A stretch of DNA of 24,917 nt from the NCBI GenBank assembly GCA_001563335.1, contig LRSL01000066.1, positions 1 to 24,917 of the forward strand, written 5' to 3'. Source of the stretch: Candidatus Thorarchaeota archaeon SMTZ1-45 (GTDB lineage Archaea; Asgardarchaeota; Thorarchaeia; Thorarchaeales; Thorarchaeaceae). Below the pieces are notes generated by a model. It made no database searches. It saw only the letters and a program-made list of their open reading frames with translations, and was not told the DNA's origin. Position numbers and translations under genes: made by a program. Shown one piece after another: positions 21,508 through 24,917 of the stretch (positions are counted from its first letter, which is position 1; every line of letters starts with the position of its first letter).

Positions 21508-24500
21508 ATGTACAAGCATTACGAGACATCCGATGAGGTGTTCGTTGATAGAGAGGAACATATCGAGTGGATGAACGAGGCTCTTGAGAGATGCAAGAAG
21601 AAGAGCGTTGTTCTCCATCTCAAGGGCATTGGAGGCATTGGAAAATCATCACTCCTTAGCCACTGGGTCAATACACACGAGAAGACAATACGCCTCGATT
21701 GCGAGCAATACTCAGAGTTTTACCAGCGTCTGAACATTCTTGCCAAGGGAGCCGTGCTCCAAGGAGTCAAGATTCAGAGGTTCCACATTCTCTGGCAGAT
21801 TCGTCAACGTTTCGGGGAGGGAGTTGAACCAGTTCGGGAAGAAGGTCGTGAGTGGGCAAAAGAAGTAGTCATGCTAATCCCCTTCATTGGGTCTCTCGCA
21901 AGTATCGGAAGTGCGATCAGTGCTGTTGGTTCCAAGGTCACTCCGAAACTGAAGGGAAAGTATAGCACACATCGAGGAACTTCTTCAAATCCTCTGGAAA
22001 GACCCAAGACGTGCAGAGTTCCTGTATTTGGAAGCGTTCTTGGAAGATATCAATAACCGAGCTGATTCAAACACCCCACTTCTCTTTCTGTTAGACCATT
22101 TTGAATATGTAGATGATACGAAAGCTCAGTGGAAATATCAAAGGCAGAAAATTAACGAAACACAACTCTGGACCATCTTCCTCTCTAACCTCACCAATTG
22201 TGTTGGGGTCCTGGCTAGTAGGCGATCAGCATCTGGTCGCAAAATATTCGATGTTGAAGAAAGCGAACTCACAGAACTGGATAGAGATAGCTGTTTCGAG
22301 ATGCTCGAGCTCCAGAATGTCACAGATCAGAAACTGCAAGAGAAGATTGTGAGTGTCAGCGGAGGAAATCCGTTTGTGATTGATACGATTTGTGACATGA
22401 TCAACACGAGTGATGTGTCAGAGTCAGATATCGAGGATTTACGTGCAGACACACTTGCAGAAGTTCGGTTGAAGGTGTGGAGAAAACTGTTCAGCGAGGC
22501 AGGGGGATTACACAATCTCATAAATCGCGCAGGAATTGTTCCCCACTTCAATGAACGAATCATGCGCATAATTTCTCCTGAACTAACACCTGATAGTTGG
22601 GATCGTCTAAGAAGACTTAGCTTCGTGAATATCCGAAGCAATGGTACATTCGTCTTGCACGACCTTGCTGAAGATTTGGTTCGTGCAGAGCTTGGTGATA
22701 GTCTAAGTAATCTTGTAGATGAAGTATCAGATCTTCTAGAGAAGAAATACAATGAAGATAAAGACAATTCATTGCTTGGATTAGCGATTTCGGTTAGAGC
22801 TTTGAAGGAACCAAAGAAGATTCTGACTGAGCTTTCGGATATCTTGAATAATCTCAGTTGGCAAAATAAGTACTCGGAAGGTATTGCCCTTTGCAATTCC
22901 ATTGAATTTCGAACTGAGGAGGGAAGAGCTTTACTCAAGATTGCAAAAGCTCACCATCTAATATACGCTGATAGAATAGCAGATGGAGAACATGAAATCA
23001 GTGAAGCCCTTGATGAATTTGAGAGAATGTCTATGATTACTGAAATTGAACGTAAGAGATATCGTGCTTTATCAGTGAGAACATTGACAGAGTTATTAAT
23101 AAGGACTGGTCGAAGTGGCGAAGCTGATAAGTTATTCAAAGAATTTATTGCCCTCTCTAGAGAAGTAGATGCTGAACCTCCAAATCATCTTCCACCTGGA
23201 TACACAACCTTCGAACTTTCAGTGAATTTATGGTTCTATGGGAACTACCTTGATGAAGTTGACAGACTCAAACAGGCAGAAGAAGCATTTCTTGAAGCTA
23301 GAGAAAAATGGGAAATTTGGGCAAATCAGGTCGATGAGCTACAATCTCATTTAGAAAGAAGGTTACTATCCTTTATCCAAGTAAACCTATGTTTTGTTTG
23401 GATGCGAATGGGAAAACTAAGCGAAGCTGAGGTAATATGCAAGAGGTTGCTTGAAGAAGTTCAAGAACCTCACTTGATCGGGGTTATCTATTGGAATCTC
23501 AATATGATTTCTCGACGAATGAACAGACCCCTTGAAGCATTAGAATGGACAGAGCAAGCAACGAAGGTATTCAATCAAATGCAAGAGAATGTTCCTGCGG
23601 TCTTAGGTGTCCACATTAATTACATATATGCCCTGCAAGAGCTCGGGAGATATAACGAAGCACTTCTCAACAATGAAGAGGTTCTTCGAAAAGCAAGAGG
23701 AGCAATGGAGAAAGCTCCTGAATTATATTCAGGTTTAGTAGCACGCCTGCTTTGGACAAAAGCGGTTCTTCTAAGACTAACTGGAAGAATATCAGAGGCG
23801 GAAAAGACATTCCATGAGGTTTTTCGCATATTTAGAAAATCGACAAATGACGACCCTAACATGATGTATAGACTCCTAAATGATCGTGGTGTCTTGTATT
23901 CAATGACTGATAAATTTCCGAAAGCTGAGAAGGACTTCAGTGAAGGTTTAGAACTGGCTAAAAGAAAGGGTGAAAAGTCGTCAGAAGTTTTTGCATATGT
24001 TATGGATTCCGCTTTCATTCTGAATAACATAGGAAACCTCTACCTAGCGACAGGACGGAGTAAAACTGCACAGGAGGTTTTTGAAGACGCGCTCACGATT
24101 TTTGAACAACTTTCAAAATTGGCCATTGACATGGTCAAGAGAGGACAATCCACAGTCCTCAATAATCTTGGCGCGCTCTTAGTTTCACTTGGAGAGCTAT
24201 CTGAAGCTGAAGTGATGCTAACTGAATCACTTAGTAAACGCAAAGAGCTCGAAGAGAACGGTGTTGGGTATCATAAAGTGCGTGTTAGCTCAACCCTGAA
24301 TAACTTGGGTCTTTTGCATATGAGTAGGGGAGAGTATTCAGAAGCTTTAGGTCTGTTTCAAGAAGCTACAGATTTGCTTGAGAAGATTGCTTTAGAAACT
24401 TCTCTTGACTGTAAGAAAGATTTGAGATGCACACTCAGTAACCAATACATAGCACTCTCGAAAATTGATTCGAAATTAGAAAAGTCAGAGAGTATCTTGA

Positions 24501-24583
24501 AACGGTTGCAGGACCTTGGTGTGAAGAAAGTAACAACCGAAAAATGGATTTTGGATGAAATGGAGTCAGAACGAATCGCATAA
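21508..24583 (+). pseudogene. STAND-class (NB-ARC/AP-ATPase-like) P-loop NTPase with C-terminal TPR array, split by a +1 frameshift
   Basis: ORF 21508-22056 has FVDREE and Walker A GIGGIGKS. ORF 22028-24583 has Walker B LLFLLDHFE, GxP motif SGGNPF, MHD-like FVLHDL and many TPRs (LNNIGNLY, LNNLGALL, LNNLGLLH). The second frame is open from 21953 and reads HIEELLQILWKDPRRAEFLY, so the two ORFs form one gene of ~1020 aa or more. Confidence 0.85.
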
Positions 24584-24641
24584 CCGACTAGCTTATCTAA
24601 AACCTATTTCTATGTCAAGAACTGCGTGTGAGGTCAGGAGT
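24582..24641 (+). promoter_or_regulatory. Conserved promoter/leader module, copy 2
   Basis: The same 22-mer at 24582-24603 overlaps the upstream TAA. TGCGTGTGAGGTCAGGAG lies at 24623-24640. Confidence 0.7.
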
Positions 24642-24917
24642 GTGTACAAGCACTACGAAACGTCTGAAGATGTCTTCGTGGACAGAGAGGAACAGATTAA
24701 GTGGATGAACGATGCTCTTGAGAAATGCAAAGAGAAGAGCGTGGTACTGCACCTCAAAGGAATTGGTGGTATTGGTAAATCATCACTTCTGAACCACTGG
24801 GTCAACACACACGAGAAGACAATTCGTTTGGATTGTGAACAAAACTCAGATTTCTACCAGCGTTTAAACGTGCTTGCGAAAGGAGCTGTTCTACAATGAG
24901 TCAAGCTTCATAGGTTC
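24642..24917 (+). pseudogene. Second STAND ATPase paralog, nonsense-disrupted, running off the window
   Basis: GTG24642 aligns with ATG21508, with 11 aa differences over 85 codons. CAA-TGA-GTC-AAG aligns with CAA-GGA-GTC-AAG, and homology continues after the stop (VKLHRF vs VKIQRF). Confidence 0.85.

Noticed and set aside
22327-24243. Antisense ORFs (22327-22938, 23620-24030 and others) and the many short ORFs inside the large genes
   Set aside because: They are Ser/Leu/Ile-rich shadows of the coding strand with no recognisable motifs, fully overlapping well-supported genes.
24555-24641. N-terminal extension of the ORF-track call 24555..24899
   Set aside because: It overlaps the upstream gene and the promoter motif. 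Paralog alignment places the start at GTG24642, and the equivalent upstream ATG in copy 1 (21476) is out of frame.
24897-24899. TGA recoded as Gly (code 25) or selenocysteine, given that the intact genes here all end in TAA/TAG
   Set aside because: The 4674-codon Gly-rich ORF contains no in-frame TGA. The aligned residue is Gly, not Cys. Reading through TGA4928 does not restore the giant gene.

Overview
Archaeal-looking, gene-dense window. The gene families, especially a TPR-longin fusion, suggest an Asgard archaeon (Thorarchaeota-like); this is inference. The window holds, in order: (1) a 5'-truncated, membrane-anchored Kelch-FN3-metallophosphoesterase; (2) a Cys-rich hypothetical protein; (3) a ~15.4 kb gene for a giant surface protein (~5,200 aa when reconstructed); (4) a convergent TPR + longin-like gene; (5) an orphan DppB/OppB permease; (6) a tandem pair of effector-less STAND ATPase genes, the first with a C-terminal TPR array. 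The giant protein has a signal peptide, a tip of apparently nested beta-sandwich domains, ~40 'IWD'-delimited repeats in three higher-order blocks, one TM helix and a ~110-aa cytoplasmic tail. It is split by a frameshifting deletion near 4919. Both STAND genes follow the same 22-bp promoter-like motif, and both are disrupted (+1 frameshift; GGA>TGA). No rRNA, tRNA, CRISPR array, reverse transcriptase or transposase was recognised. All calls come from reading motifs by eye; no database search was run.
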